Source of the DNA: Macrostomum lignano
Lineage: Eukaryota
Direction of reading: 5' to 3'
NCBI GenBank assembly: GCA_002269645.1
Contig: NIVC01000059.1
Location: 930,001 to 994,000 of the forward strand
DNA: 64,000 nucleotides
Positions within the stretch are counted from its first letter, which is position 1; every line of letters starts with the position of its first letter. Below, in pieces: positions 1 through 12,400 of the stretch. The translations under genes were made by a program, and so were the position numbers. The notes beneath the pieces were generated by a model. It was given only the letters and a program-made list of their open reading frames with translations. It had not been told where the DNA came from and made no database searches.

Positions 1-986
1 CTTCAGATCGATGTCGCTCAGACTTCTCGCCGTAGCCTCGTTGAGCAGAGAAACTTTGGCGCCGCAGTTGACCATCAGGCTGACTGTCTTCAAGCCGTCG
101 CCCAGCTGCAGCTCGACTCTGATCTCGTCGCCGCCATGGACCGCGTAGATCGTGACCGTCTCGTCTGCGCTGACTTGGAGTGCCTTGCTGCGGCAGCATC
201 GACTGAAGTGGTTCAATTTCCCGCAACTGTTGCGTTTCTTGCCGTGCGCGGGACACTTCGCCTTGGCCTCGTGGCTCCCTCCGCATCGGGTGCAGGAGCT
301 TTTGGCCGGATGCTGCGACCTGCTGTCGGGCGGAGCGCTGCCGGGGCCCTGTCGCCTCGCTGCTTGCTGCACCGTCTGGACGCTCTCAAAGGAGCTGGTC
401 GCCGCCATCGCCTTGCTGCCTGCCGCCGCGTCCTCGATCGTAGTCGCGATGACAACTGCTTGCTCTAGTGTCAGCCTGGCGGCGTCCTCCGTCAGAAGAC
501 GCTCGCGAATTCGAGTGCTGCTCGTCTTCTGGGCAAGCTGGTCGCGGATCATTTCGTCTGCCAGAGGTCCGTAGCTGCACGTGGCTGATAGCTCTCGTAG
601 CGCTGCGACGAACGTGACTGAGTCTTCGCTTGGCAGCTGCTGTCGCTCCCTGAATCGATGACGCGCCAGCATCACATTTGGTCGGTCGCGTAATACCGTC
701 GTCAGCTGATCGCGGGTTTGCCAGAAGGTAGACCGTCGACAATCGCATTTCGGGCCCTTGCCATCCGCTGCCCCTCAAAGCCGAGAAGGTGCAGTTGATG
801 GTTCTTGCACACCGTCGCCAGTCGCCTAGCCTCATCTGTCAGGGCTTCTTCGCCTGCCGGTCGGGGTGTCCAGATTTGGGCTGCTTGACAGTAGAAGTCG
901 AATGCGTCCAGCCATCTGTTCCATGGGACCGCCGGTGTTCCGCTTGCTGGAAGAAATGGTGCAGGTGGGCTAACGTTGAGAGCCAC
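1..986 (-). mobile_element. Ty3/Gypsy LTR retrotransposon gag-protease, degenerate, runs off the window start
   Basis: Manual minus-strand translation from ~700 down to 1 is open: VLRDRPNVMLARHRFRERQQLPSEDSVTFVAALRELSATCSYG...MIRDQL...IRERLLTEDARLTLEQAV (gag), then CTRCGGSH..KCPAHGKKRNSCGKLNHFSRCC (zinc knuckle, one C>R), then VNCGAKVSLL (protease D[ST]G motif with D>N). The N-terminal part (ORF 702-986, PWNRWLDAFDFY) is in another frame. Confidence 0.9.
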
Positions 987-996
987 CTTCGTCGAT

Positions 997-1247
997 CCTC
1001 GTCGCTAGTTGTTGTGTAGCCAAGGCTTGAAGTTTTCCCGTTGAGTTGCAAAGTAAAGTTGCTTTATTTATATTTTTGTTATTTAAGAAAAACTGCACGA
1101 TCGATAAATTCAAGAGCTGGAGATATCACGTGATTAATAATACATATTATACAGATAATTTATCAACTACTCTACTTAAAGTGGCAGTATAGGTATTACT
1201 AATTGACAATAATAATATTACAGGTAGCATTTATGTTATAGTAGAAA
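997..1247 (-). mobile_element. Primer-binding site and truncated 5' LTR of the Gypsy element
   Basis: Minus strand reads ...ACAACA-ac-TAGCGACGAGG (997-1007), a one-mismatch version of the TGGCGACGAGG PBS typical of this Gypsy group, directly upstream of gag. The far end of the LTR is not visible; a Helitron-like terminus starts at 1248. Confidence 0.55.
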
Positions 1248-1276
1248 CTAGCAATCTTCGCCCCCCGATGGGGGGC
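1248..1276 (-). mobile_element. Helitron-like 3' terminus (hairpin + CTAG)
   Basis: Perfect 7-bp stem GCCCCCC-gat-GGGGGGC (1260-1276). On the minus strand it is followed by gaagattgCTAG and then T. Related termini occur at 41087-41115 and 61581-61609. Confidence 0.6.
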
Positions 1277-1389
1277 ATCTAGATAGAATCTCTGGCTCTC
1301 TACAAGTATCAAAAAGGCCAAATAAAGCCTTCACATAGACAATAGAAAAACTGCTCAAATGAAGTGCAATGCAAAAAGAAAACATCCCA

Positions 1390-2232
1390 GGACAGCAAGC
1401 AACCCTCCAGATAGCAAGCACCCCCAGATAGCAAGCATCTCCAGATAGCAAGCACCCCCAGATAGCAGGCAGCCCAGATAGCAAGCATCCACCTAATAGC
1501 AAACACCTCAAGATAGCAAGAATCCACCTAACAGCAAGCACCCTTAGAAAGCAAGCACCCCCAAATAGCAAGCATCCACCTAATAGCAAGCATCCACCTA
1601 ATAGCAAGCACCCTTAGATAGCAAGCATCCATCTAATAGCAAGCACCCTTAGATAGCAAGCATCCCCAGATAGCAAGCACCCCCAGATAGCAAGCATCTC
1701 CAGATAGCAAGCACCCCCAGATAGCAGGCACCCCAGATAGCAAGCATCCACCTAATTGCAAACACCCCAAGATAGCAAGCATCCACCTAATAGCAAGCAC
1801 CCCCAGATAGCAAGCACCCCCAGATAGCAAGCACCCCCAGATAGCAAGCATCTCCAGATAGCAAGCACCCCCAGATAGCAGGCACCCCAGATAGCAAGCA
1901 TCCACCTAATTGCAAACACCCCAAGATAGCAAGCATCCACCTAATAGCAAGCACCCCCAGATAGCAAGCACCCCCAGATAGCAAGCACCCCCAGATAGCA
2001 AGCACCCCCAGATAGCACGCATCTCCAGATAGCAAGCACTCCAAGATAGCAGGCACCCCAGATAGCAAGCATCCACCTAATAGCAAGGACCCCAAGATAG
2101 CAAGCATCCACCTAATAGCAAGCGCCCTTAGATAGCAAGCACCCCCAGATAGCAAGCACCCCCAGATAGCAAGCACCCCCAGATAGCACGCATCTCCAGA
2201 TAGCAAGCACTCCAAGATAGTAGGCACCCCAT
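1390..2232. repeat. Minisatellite, ~18-19 bp unit AGATAGCAAGCACCCCC
   Basis: Directly visible tandem array; source of the GCLLSGGACYL ORFs. Confidence 0.95.
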
Positions 2233-2500
2233 TTATGTTTGACATGGTGGCTCTTTAATGTTTGACCTGGTGGCACCTTAATGTCTGTAATGATGGCTCT
2301 TTAATGTTCACCATAGTGGCTCTTTAATGTTTGACATGGTGGCTCTTTAATGTTCGACATGGTGGCTCTTTAATGTTTGACATGGTGGCTCTTTAATGTT
2401 TGACATGGTGGCTCTTTAATGTTTGACATGGAGTCACATATATGTTTGACATGGTGGCCTTTAATGTTTGAAATGGTGCCACTTTTGTTTGACATTGTGC
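2233..2500. repeat. Minisatellite, 23 bp unit TTTAATGTTTGACATGGTGGCTC
   Basis: Directly visible tandem array abutting the previous one. Confidence 0.9.
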
Positions 2501-2554
2501 TTCTGTTATGTTTAGCATTTTGTTTTTAAGATGTTTTAATAAAAAAATTATTTT

Positions 2555-2620
2555 GCACTACTAAGATTCAAACCCAGGTCGCTGAATTAGCAGTCCAGTC
2601 TGTTCGCATCTAGGCTATCT
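2555..2620 (-). other. tRNA-like (SINE-head-like) Pol III A/B box remnant
   Basis: Minus strand TAGCCTAGATG...GGGTTTGAATC resembles A and B boxes; no intact cloverleaf seen. Confidence 0.35.
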
Positions 2621-2924
2621 CTTGTCGATTGGAGAACATGAATTGTGGCCCTTATAATTCAATTATTATAGCAAATCGGTCAGAGTAAAAATTTATGACA
2701 TAATCAATTTCTCAGTCAGCCAGTATCAGTCTCAATTTAAGTTAGCAATATGGTTACGCAATTCAAATCAAGTCGTGTGTGCATTTCTTTGGCACTGTTT
2801 TCAACTTGTTGTGATGCAATCTTTATCACAATTGAAATTCAGTCAGTCAGTTTTTTCTCTAGCATTTTTACAATGCATTTCAGGTCGAAAGAGCTGCTTG
2901 ACCTTGGCAGAAAATCATGTTTTT

Positions 2925-3111
2925 CGAATATTTAACCCCTTTAATATTAATCAATTTCTTAGCCAAGATGCATGCACCATCCCAGGAAAATTTCTGATCG
3001 AATGGTGCAAGTTTGAAGAGAATCGGTTGAGCCATTCTCGAAAAAATCAATTACACGCACGCACGCACGCACGCACGCACGAATACAGCGCAAAATTAGT
3101 ATATAGACTAG
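2925..3111 (+). mobile_element. Non-autonomous Helitron/HINE (DINE-1/Lep1-like) end module with (GCAC)n microsatellite
   Basis: TTTTCGAATATTTAACC...CAAGTTTGAAGAGAATCGGTTGAGCCATTC, then (GCAC)n, then TTAGTATATAGACTAG. The same layout recurs at 6255-6432 with (CAGA)n. Confidence 0.5.
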
Positions 3112-3404
3112 CCATTTAGCCCCCCTCCGGGTGGCTTCTTAGCAGTTTAGCGCTTGTCTATAAGCAGTTTTGCACAGTCGCTGAGCAAATCTCACTAATC
3201 TCCGAGCAGTTCTGCAGTAGCAAATCTCAAAGCAGTTGTACACCAATTTTACTAAGACTAAAAAGTTCTAAAAAGTTACATTTCTTAATGTTTGGAACTT
3301 TTTAATGTCAATTCATTTATAGTTTTTTATGATTATTTTATAGCTTTTATGATTATTTGTTATTTTTAAATCCCCACCAGATTAGCAAAATTCTCCCACA
3401 TTAG

Positions 3405-4145
3405 CCCTACACCCCCAGATTGGCCCCACTTCCCCCCAGATTAGCACTACGCCCAGATTAGCACTCAGCCCAGATTAGCACTCAGTCCAGATTAGCAATC
3501 AGCCCAGATTAGCACTCAGCCCAGATTAGCACTTAGTCCAGATTAGCCCAGATTAGCACTCAGCCCAATTAGCACTCAGTCCAGATTAGCACTCAGCCCA
3601 GATTAGCACTCAGTCCAGATTAGCACTCAGCCCAGATTAGCACTCAGCCCAGATTAGTACTCAGACCAGATTAGCACTCAGACCAGATTAGCACTCAGTC
3701 CAGATTAGCACTCAGCCCAATTAGCACTCAGTCCAGATTAGCACTCAGCCCAGATTAGCACTCAGCCCAGATTAGCACTCAGACCAGATTAGCACTCAGC
3801 CCAGATTAGCACTCAGTCCAAATTAGCACTCAGCCCAATTAGCACTCAGTCCAGATTAGCACTCAGCCCAGATTAGCACTCAGTCCAGATTAGCACTCAG
3901 CCCAGATTAGCGCTCAGCCCAAATTAGCACTCAGCCCAGATTAGCACTGCTCCACAGATTACCGCCGCTTCCCAGATATTTTCACCTCCCCAGATTAGCA
4001 CTACTTCTCCAGATTCGCACCACTCCGCAAAAATTCGCATCGCTACTTCCTCCAGATTAGCCCCAATCCCCCAGATTAGCCCCCCCCCAACTCCTTTATA
4101 TTAGCTGCACTCCCTTAGATTAGCACCGCTCCCCAGATTAGCACC
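3405..4145. repeat. Minisatellite, 17 bp unit CAGATTAGCACTCAGCC
   Basis: Directly visible tandem array with degenerate edges. Confidence 0.95.
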
Positions 4146-4199
4146 ACTCCCAAACTGCTAAAAGGCGACTACTATTATCGCCTCATAAGTTTAAAGTTA

Positions 4200-5510
4200 A
4201 ACCCTCCCCAGAAATCGGCAGTTATCCCCACACCAACATGAAATTATCCCTTCTAATTCCGCAAAACAGACTGCAGTCATACAACTCATTTGCACTCTAC
4301 ACCTTTTATTATTATTATTCATTTATCCCTCAGGGACCCAGAATTGTCCCCTCAGCAAGCTACAATTATTGTAGTCTGCAATGATCCCTTCAACAATCTG
4401 CAGTTCCCCTCAGCAGTCTGCAGTCAATTCATTTGCAGTCAGCAAGTGTTTCCTTAATAATTCTCATTTATCCCCTCAGCAGTCTGCAGTTCTCTCAGCT
4501 GGCCCCTCAGTATTATATTCTCAGCAAACTGCAATGATCTTTTCAATGATTTAAAAATTTGCTCAGCATTTACTACGGCTCACTAATCAATTTTCGATGC
4601 ATACGCTCGTATTGGCAGTCTTGCGCAACTCGGCATTTAGCAATACCTTCAGGAGTTTAGCTGCTTAGCAGCATCGTCTGCAATTTAGCAGCCTATGACT
4701 GCATTGTACGGCTCACTGATTAGCACTGCTCTAGAAGCTTAACACAGCCCCAGCAAAAGTATCTTTAAATTTAAATTTTTAATACCTGCATGACAATGAT
4801 TATTCTCACAGGTCACAAAGATAAATTTGCTGCTTCAACGCAGACTCGAACTGCCGACTTTCTGCTTAGCCTATGCCTGTTATTGCCTTCTACAGTAACA
4901 GGCATAGCTAAGCTAAGCCTGGCTATTGTGCCTATTGACAGATGGTCAAAAAATCCTTATAATATTCAACAAGTTTAGTAGCTTCAGCAGTTTGAAGTTA
5001 ACCTTTCTCAGCCTCCCCCCAGAAATCGGCAGTTATCCCCCACAACAACCTGAAATTAGCTATCCCTTTTAATCCCACAAAACAGGCTGCAGTAATACTC
5101 TTAGCAGCCTGCAGTTATCCACTTTGCCGTCTAAAACTTTCATTAACATCAGCAAACTGCAATAATTCACTCAGCAGTCCGCAGTTATCCACTCAACAAC
5201 TTGCACTTAATACTTCACCGTTATTATCCACTTAAAACTCTCTAGATAGTTATCCCCTCAGCAGTTTGCAGCTATACACTCATAGGTCTGGAGGAACTAC
5301 CTCAGCAATCAGTATCAGCAATCAGTATCAGCAATCAGTATCAGCATCAGTATCCTCAGAAAACTACAATGATCCTTTCAATAATGTAGAAATTAGCTCA
5401 GCATTGTATGGCTCACTAATCGATTTTCGATACATATCGGCAATCTTTTGCACCACTCAGCATTTAGCAATACCTCAGCAGTTTAGCAGCATCGTCTGCA
5501 GTTTAGTAAT
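4200..5510. repeat. Diverged tandem duplication, period ~810 bp
   Basis: CCTCCCCAGAAATCGGCAGTTATCCCC at ~4203 and ~5012; GCTCAGCATT..GGCTCACTAATC at ~4561 and ~5396. Confidence 0.7.
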
Positions 5511-5737
5511 TTAATCCCCTGCAGTTTAGTAATATCTACTTCTATAGACCTAGATAATAACAATTAATGGGATCTTAGGATTTTACAAATCAAATCAAAT
5601 TTGCTTAGTGGCTTGTGCGAGTAGCAAAAATAAATTATTGTAATTAATAAAAAGTTTTTAATTACAATTAATCAAAAAATGTTCAAAATAGTCGAGGCAC
5701 AAGCTACGAATGAATGAATTTATTTAATTTTAATTAA

Positions 5738-5820
5738 CGGCTGGGGAGGCGGACTCGAACCTTGGACCTTACGCCTAGCCTAAACCTAGTCCTAGTGCCT
5801 ACACTGCGGCTATTCCGCCT
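5738..5820 (-). other. tRNA-like pseudogene or SINE head
   Basis: Minus strand GGCGGAATAGCCGCAGTGT (A box) ... GGTTCGAGTCC (B box); the central region is not tRNA-like. Confidence 0.45.
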
Positions 5821-6254
5821 ACTGATCAGAGGGCGCAAAAATCAGCGATATATGCTTCGGCACTGCAGTCAAATACATAGCAGTGATAGGCTGCTCAGTG
5901 TGCACAGGTTGTATGCAGGCAGAGCCAATGCACAGTTGAGTGAAATCTATTAATAGCAATTGTCTATGCAGTCCGCCAGTCAGCCAGGGTCAGAATGTAC
6001 ACACGCAGCCACTGAGCATTATTTTCCTCTCCCTTATTGCAGCCAGTATTGACTCCCTTATTGAGTCTTATTGAGCGGAATGGGCGCCCGCGCCTTCCCG
6101 CTGTGTCCCCTCCGGGACAGCCCTGCAGCTAAGAGTCTTCACGTACACAGTGAACAGAGAAAAGTTGTGGCGCAATCTTAATTGGAATTGAAATTCAGTT
6201 AGTAAGATTTTGACCTTTTCTAGCCTCCCATTGAAAGCATAGGGAAAACTCGTT

Positions 6255-6432
6255 TTTCGAATATTTAACCATCTTCCCATTCGAATTTTTTAAATGCAAT
6301 TACACCCACACAATCTCACAAGAATTTGCAATTGAATGAAGCAAGTTTGAAAAAAATCGGTTCAGGCATTCAGGCTGTAGACTGGAATACCGGTCAGACA
6401 GACAGACAGACCTTAGTAGAGATTTAGTATAT
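6255..6432 (+). mobile_element. Second HINE/DINE-1-like end module with (CAGA)n microsatellite
   Basis: Shares TTTTCGAATATTTAACC, CAAGTTTGAAAAAAATCGGTTCAGGCATTC and TTAGTATAT with 2925-3111. Confidence 0.5.
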
Positions 6433-6772
6433 TGTGATGATATTCGTAAAATATTATCTATCATTAAGTTGGTCTGTCAGGCTACACGACACAACAGTAA
6501 TTGACAGCCGGAACAATTTTAGCCTTGAACGTTTTCATATTTACTTGATGCATATATGTAGATTCGATGTGTGCGCCAGCCGCTTTTGATCAAATTCTTC
6601 TGTATCTGTTGGGATTCAATGCATGTATACTTCTCGGCGAAGTCATAGAGTTGAAAATGTTTCTATCTAATGCACCATATTTTATTTTTTATAATAACTG
6701 CATTTATTGGTCATAAACATATTTCAATCCCAGTTCATTTGTCAAATATGCAAAGTGCTGAAAGCTCAAACT

Positions 6773-7330
6773 TACGGTGCCCTTAATTTTTAAGTGCAAT
6801 GCCCGTGCTTCAGTCTAGTCAGATGACTTCAACAGTCAAAAACAACAAAACGTCAACATGAACAAAGGGGATGAACATCGTCAAGCAGTAATGTAGTCTC
6901 CCCCTGACTTAATAGCGGCGTCGATGTGCTCCCACAGTCTGTGAACCTCGCACTGCATGCAGTCGTCTTCTAGTCCACGCAGCCACTGCAATGCGGCATC
7001 CTCCACTTCGCAATGGCTGTGAAACACGCGCTGCTCGAAGTCTTGTTTCATCCATCCAGCTGAGCAGAAATCTGTCGCAAAGGTTAAAGTCTGGATTAAT
7101 TATAGGGAGCCTGGTACAGTGTGCGATTTTCCGGTTTTCTGTGTAGGCTCGAGTTTCCGCGGACAAATGCGGCCTTGCATTGTCCCACTGCCAGATGACT
7201 TGGTCCAGGTGAACCGGGCTGTTGCATAACTTGGGGCTTCTTCGCCATAAGCAGTCCTCAATTCTTGGAAACACTTTTTGTTCCGCTGGAACGCCAAGCT
7301 CTTGACGGGCACGGGGATAGAATTGGAAGT
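6773..7330 (-). mobile_element. Internally deleted mariner remnant joined to the hAT 3' end
   Basis: Minus-strand fragments FQELRTAYGEEAPSYAT (HTH), WQWDNARPH..PIINPDFNLCD (catalytic domain) and LWEHIDAAIKSGGDYITA* (C-terminus, stop at 6881-6883). Probable TIR end TA|CGGTGCCCTT at 6773. Confidence 0.75.
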
Positions 7331-9455
7331 TATGCACATGTTGCTTTGCATTGACTGCTTTAGCTCGCGTTGCATTACGACAGAGCCAGGCTGTCCTAAG
7401 TCTGTCCTGCTGCATGGTAGAACGCAAATACGACTTGAAGCGTCGCAAACTAGAAAAAGATCTTTTTACAGTTGCAGTTGAGACAGGTAAAGTTGCAGAA
7501 ATCTTCAGCAATGCGAAAATTATTAGGGAATACCGCAGCAGCACAGTCAGCCAGCGCCCCAATCGCAGTATCGGCTGCAGCCACTGATTTTGACTTTTCC
7601 CAAAGACGTTTCCAGCACGCAAACTCGCCCCTAACGACTGCATGGTTGTCAACAAAGCTGCTGAACTGCAACAGTGCAAGCTCGAAGTCTTTGACATCGT
7701 ATAAATGGACATACTTCGGGAGCAGACACGTTAACTGGAGAAATACATCATGCTGGGCCTGGTCCCCCAAAAGCACTGCTGGAACTCGTACACATCAGCC
7801 CGGAAGTGTTCTTCCGACGTGTCTTCGCTAGCACCATGCCCCTGCTGACAGCCTCTACGAGGAGGGACGCGCAGCTCTACGTCCTCTTCAGCTGCAGCTT
7901 CGGATGCTGACGACCAGATGCTTTTGAAGGCAAGTGCTAGCTTCTGCCTGCATCTTTTTCAGCCCAATGTTCTTGCTTGCTGTGAACAGATCGATACTAG
8001 CTTGATGAAGGAAGCTGGACAGAGGCCGGGTTACTGCCATCCCCTCCGCCCATGACATGCAGCGCCCGATGAAGTTTGGCAATTGTGCAGTTGGCCTTCA
8101 GCATCTGCGCCTTGGCAGCAGTTCTTGGATCGCAATCGGAGGCAAATTCGCAGAAATCAAGAAATTTCACAATTGATGCGAAAAAAAACACAAGCAAGGC
8201 GTCATTGCACTCGACCCAGCGAGTATCGCAAAGGGTTAGGAGTTTTCGCTGACGGCTTCTGCAGAAACTCTTTGAAGGGTGCAGGAACTCCTGCGGCAAC
8301 TCTGAAAGAGCTCGAGCCGCTCTGCCAATGAATTGACGAAGTTCGTTACTTCTGCTATAACCCCCATTGCGTTGCTAATTGGGGGCAGTTTGCAGACATA
8401 AACGAGATTAAGGTTTAGGCAGTGACTTGCGGCAGTGAATGTAGTATGCTGCTGGACACTTCTGTGCCGAACATGTGCCTGAACTCCATTGAACTCACCC
8501 CGCACTGCAGCGGCCCCATCGTAAGCTTGACCTACGACTAGGTGGTAGTTGATGCCCAACTTCTCGAGAAAATTGAACAATGCAGCGGCGAGTGCTGAGC
8601 CGGACTCATCGGTCATATGAACAAATCCGAGAAAATCTTTCCTGAGAGTGCAGTCAGCATCCACGTACCGAGCAGTAACTGACATCTGCTCCTTTTTTGA
8701 GATGTCACATGTCTCATCCATGAGTACAGAAAAACATGCTGCATTGACTCAAGGACTTCTAGACTACTATAGACTTCTAGTCTAGAAGTCCTTGCATTGA
8801 CTTTGGTGGCCAGAGTTTCCTGAATCACGCAACCAGCGGCTTCGAGGAGCTCGTTTTGAATTGTCTTGCTGATGTGCTGTACCGTTGTTATACAGCATTG
8901 GGTAGTTGTATAACAAACGGCAACCGAAGTCTAAGACGAATATGCAGGGTCATTCACAGCAGGCGGTGTTCACTCAGAAGACCACCATGCAACGTAGTAC
9001 AGACCGAAGTCGATGCAGATTTCCCCTGCCAGTATAATCTACAGTAGTAGAAACGTGGGCTTCGGCAGCAGGGGCGCCGGAGAAGTTGGGCTCTTGAAAT
9101 TGTGCTTCCAATGCTCGACTGGAAGGCGGGCAAAACTTCCTGCGGGAAATTATTGTGCTCCCACTATTCCTACTGTGCTTCTGGTGCTTTCTTCGAGAAG
9201 ACGAACCTTTTTTGCGTTAGTGGTGCAGCCAGGAATTTATTTCGGGGGAAGGGGGGGCATTCAGCACCCGGAGGAGGGGTATAGAGCTAGAAGGAGGGAT
9301 TTTAATTTTCTCCGGAATTTCAGGGGGAGGGGTAATTATTTGTTTGGAATTTTGGGGGGGGGGTTAAATTTTGGGGGGCCAGGCCCTCCCCCCCAAGCTG
9401 CGCCACTGTCTTGCGTCTGTTTTCGATCAGCCCCCGAGGCTCTCGTACGTTTCAT
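7331..9455 (-). pseudogene. hAT-superfamily transposase (ZMYM1/THAP12-like), frameshifted
   Basis: HISKTIQNELL; MDETCDISKKEQMSVTARYV..RKDFLGF; VGQAYDGAAAVRG; HCLNL; LCDTRWVE; LPVSTATVKRSFSSLRRFKSYLRSTMQQDRL (hAT dimerisation). Start MKRTRASGADRK at 9455. Several frameshifts and stops. Confidence 0.9.
9218..9408. mobile_element. MITE inserted in the 5' part of the hAT transposase
   Basis: Ends TAGTGGTGCAGC / GCTGCGCCACTG form imperfect TIRs; 8-bp flanks TTTTGCGT (9210-9217) and TCTTGCGT (9409-9416). Confidence 0.75.
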
Positions 9456-12400
9456 CGTAGACTATGTACATGTAATATGCATTTATTGCAATATTTGAGG
9501 AACTTGCAAATCAGCGCAAAGAGATGCAACATTTTATAAATAGTTTAATTACTTTAAAGCTTGGGTGTCTCTGGCCTACTAATTGATATTTATCACTTAG
9601 TAAAAGGTATTTTGTACGCTATCATGTCTTCAAACGCTTGTGAGCGCGTTGCAACCTTTAATTATAATGATATGTTTCAGTATTTAGAGAACAGTTATAA
9701 AGCACAAAATTTCCACTTCGTTATTAAAGGCAATTCGTGAAAGAATTAAGTTTATTAATATTGTTATAACGTTTTACCCCGTGCTAAATTTATTTCAAAA
9801 TTCATGACTCATGTCTAAAAGTTTATCAGGTACAGATATTGTGCAATCCTATGGTATGGACCTATGCTAGCTAGCATTTTTTTACCACAGGCACTAATTT
9901 TAGCGCCGCATGCAGACACTCATTTTGGCGCTGCAGGCACTCATTTTAGCGAGCTGGCCTAGCTGGGGACCTGCCGACCTGGGCAGTGGGCTTAGGGCCT
10001 TAGGCCTATTCACCAACGGGATTAACTTATTAACTTAGTTGGTTTCAATAATCATTCTAATACCGAATTTCCGGTCTAACTCTAATCTAATGTGACAACA
10101 CTGACAACAAGATTTTTTTTTTTTAGGTTAGGTAAATCATATTTACTAAAAATCTCTTTCTAAAAATATAGGCCTAGGCCTAGCCAAAACTAAAATAGTG
10201 AAATTTAAGAGATTTAATGCAAGATAAGATGGTGCAAATGATGGTGCAAATGTGCCATATATATATGTATGCTCACTGCTTATGGTCTATGCTGCTTTTT
10301 CCACTGAACAATAAAATTTATTTTAGCTTTAGGGCCTAAATATTATAGATTGTTTGGGGCCTATAATTTAAAGTTTAAAGGAAATCCAAAAATTAAATTG
10401 AAGCCTAAGACAGGTATACAATCTATTATAGGCCTAGCCACTGGCATCATTGACTAGACTAGACTAGACCTGTCTCTGAGGAAAATGTTTTTGTATTGTA
10501 TAGATTAGCCCTAGGACTATTATTAGGGATTGAATAATATAGCTAGAGCTAAGCCATAGGCCTACTCTAGATCATGTTGAGTGGATTTCTATTTTCATGC
10601 CAATTAACTGTAAGCTATGCATTGTATATCAAAATAAACAATTAAGATTTTATTTTAAATAATTTGGAATTTTTAGGCCTCTTTATTGTTTTTAATATTA
10701 ATGTTTTTTAATTAATTTGTTCTTACAATCTAAATTTTGTGCCTCTATCTGTTAGGCCTATCTGTTAATTATACTACTACCAAAGAAACATTAATAAAAA
10801 AACAAATCGATTAAAGTTTTATTTAAAAAATGTTTTAATCTAATTTTACCCTAAGGGCTTTATTTATTTATTTATTTATAGGGGGGCCTATATAGCAAAG
10901 TAAACCTTCATTTTGGGAACTGTATTTGTTTTAAATTCAAAGTTTAAAGGAATAAGTAGAATCCCTAATATAAATATAGATTGTCTCTTTAGGGTATTTA
11001 GGCCTATATATATTTATTTTTTATTTCTAGGTTTTTCCATAAGTATAGCTTCTAAGTTACTTTTATTAGACTATTTCTAGGCTAATTTTTTAGGTTTTAA
11101 TTAATTTTTTGTATTTATAGGCCCCCTATTAAAAAAGCAAATAAATATTGGAGTTTAAGTATTGGTTCAGCATATACTCATATAATAAAAAAGGATTGTT
11201 TAAAACTTATAAAAATTATCTGTTGAAAATGTGAAGAGCAAGGTCATATTTATCCATAGTAAGCCAGTAGCACTCCATTGGTTTAGCAAGTAACTAAAAG
11301 AGCTGTTAGTATACTTTAGAGGAACTGCAAATTAGCATTGGTGAGATCAAGCTAGCACTAATAGCAATTGCAAATTGCATTAGAAACTTTAACAAAAGAC
11401 TTTTGGTTAGAGTAATGTTAAAAGTTTTTGTAGTCAATCAAAAACTTTAGCTTTTCTTGCTCTAAATTTTTGTTTTTATAAGAGTGATGCTTAGCTCCTT
11501 TCAAATAGCAAACCTAATGGTGATTGACTTGGCTAGCAATGAAGCATTGTCAAGATCCAAATTGACTAGATCCAATATTAATCCTTAGAAACAATATATT
11601 GTGTTAATTTGTAGCGGGTGCTACAACTATGAAAAAGCAGATAATTGCAATGGAACAAAAGTGTGAAGCTAGCAATAGGAAATGCTGCTCTGGCTTCTTA
11701 GCTTCGCGCTGTCGAACTGTATTTGATTATTAACAACTGCCATAGACAATAGAAGCATATTTAGTGTTGTAGTGTTGTAGTGTTATATTAAAACACATAG
11801 TGCTATAAATTAATAAGTTGATTATAGACATCAATTTAGTATATCATCCATTTAATTTTAAATCTAAAATGCAAAAACTTGCCCTAGGCTTCATAAAAAG
11901 CAAACTAGATTGAACAAAGGACATTGAGTTTCTCAAAAAGGAATGGTTTGAAACTCAAGCAAAAAAATCTAAAGACGTCCTCAATACAAGACGTATACAA
12001 TAATATAACTTGTGCATCCACTTAATCATTGTCCTACAACTAGAAGGTATGCAATAGATAAAGAATTTAGCTTATGGTTATAGGTCTAAAAAGTAGAAAT
12101 TAAAGATAATATATTATAAGATGAATATAAAGATGAGAAGCAAGAGATAGATATGATTAGATCTACTTTAATAGGATTGTATTATATCCCTTATTCATTT
12201 TTTTCCTTTATCAACCATGCTGAATCATGTTAGCTAGTCTTTATTACTATCATCTATTACAAGCATATTAAGTTGTAAAGTTAGGCCTATAATAGACTAT
12301 AGGTTAGAATTTTTGAATACTAAACTGTTATAGCTACCCATGGTTTCTCCACTAGGATATAATATAAAAATTTTGCTAACAGTTATTCCAAAACCCTATT

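Noticed and set aside
136-835. ORFs 136-468, 152-574, 213-455 and 386-835
   Set aside because: Shadow frames of the GC-rich Gypsy gag-protease frame.
5738-5820. Functional tRNA gene
   Set aside because: A and B boxes are present but the anticodon arm and acceptor stem cannot be folded; kept only as tRNA-like.
6909-7712. 267-aa ORF joining the hAT dimerisation domain to a mariner catalytic motif, a possible chimeric transposase
   Set aside because: Both parts are heavily deleted or frameshifted, the mariner HTH is out of frame, and the ORF has no credible start.
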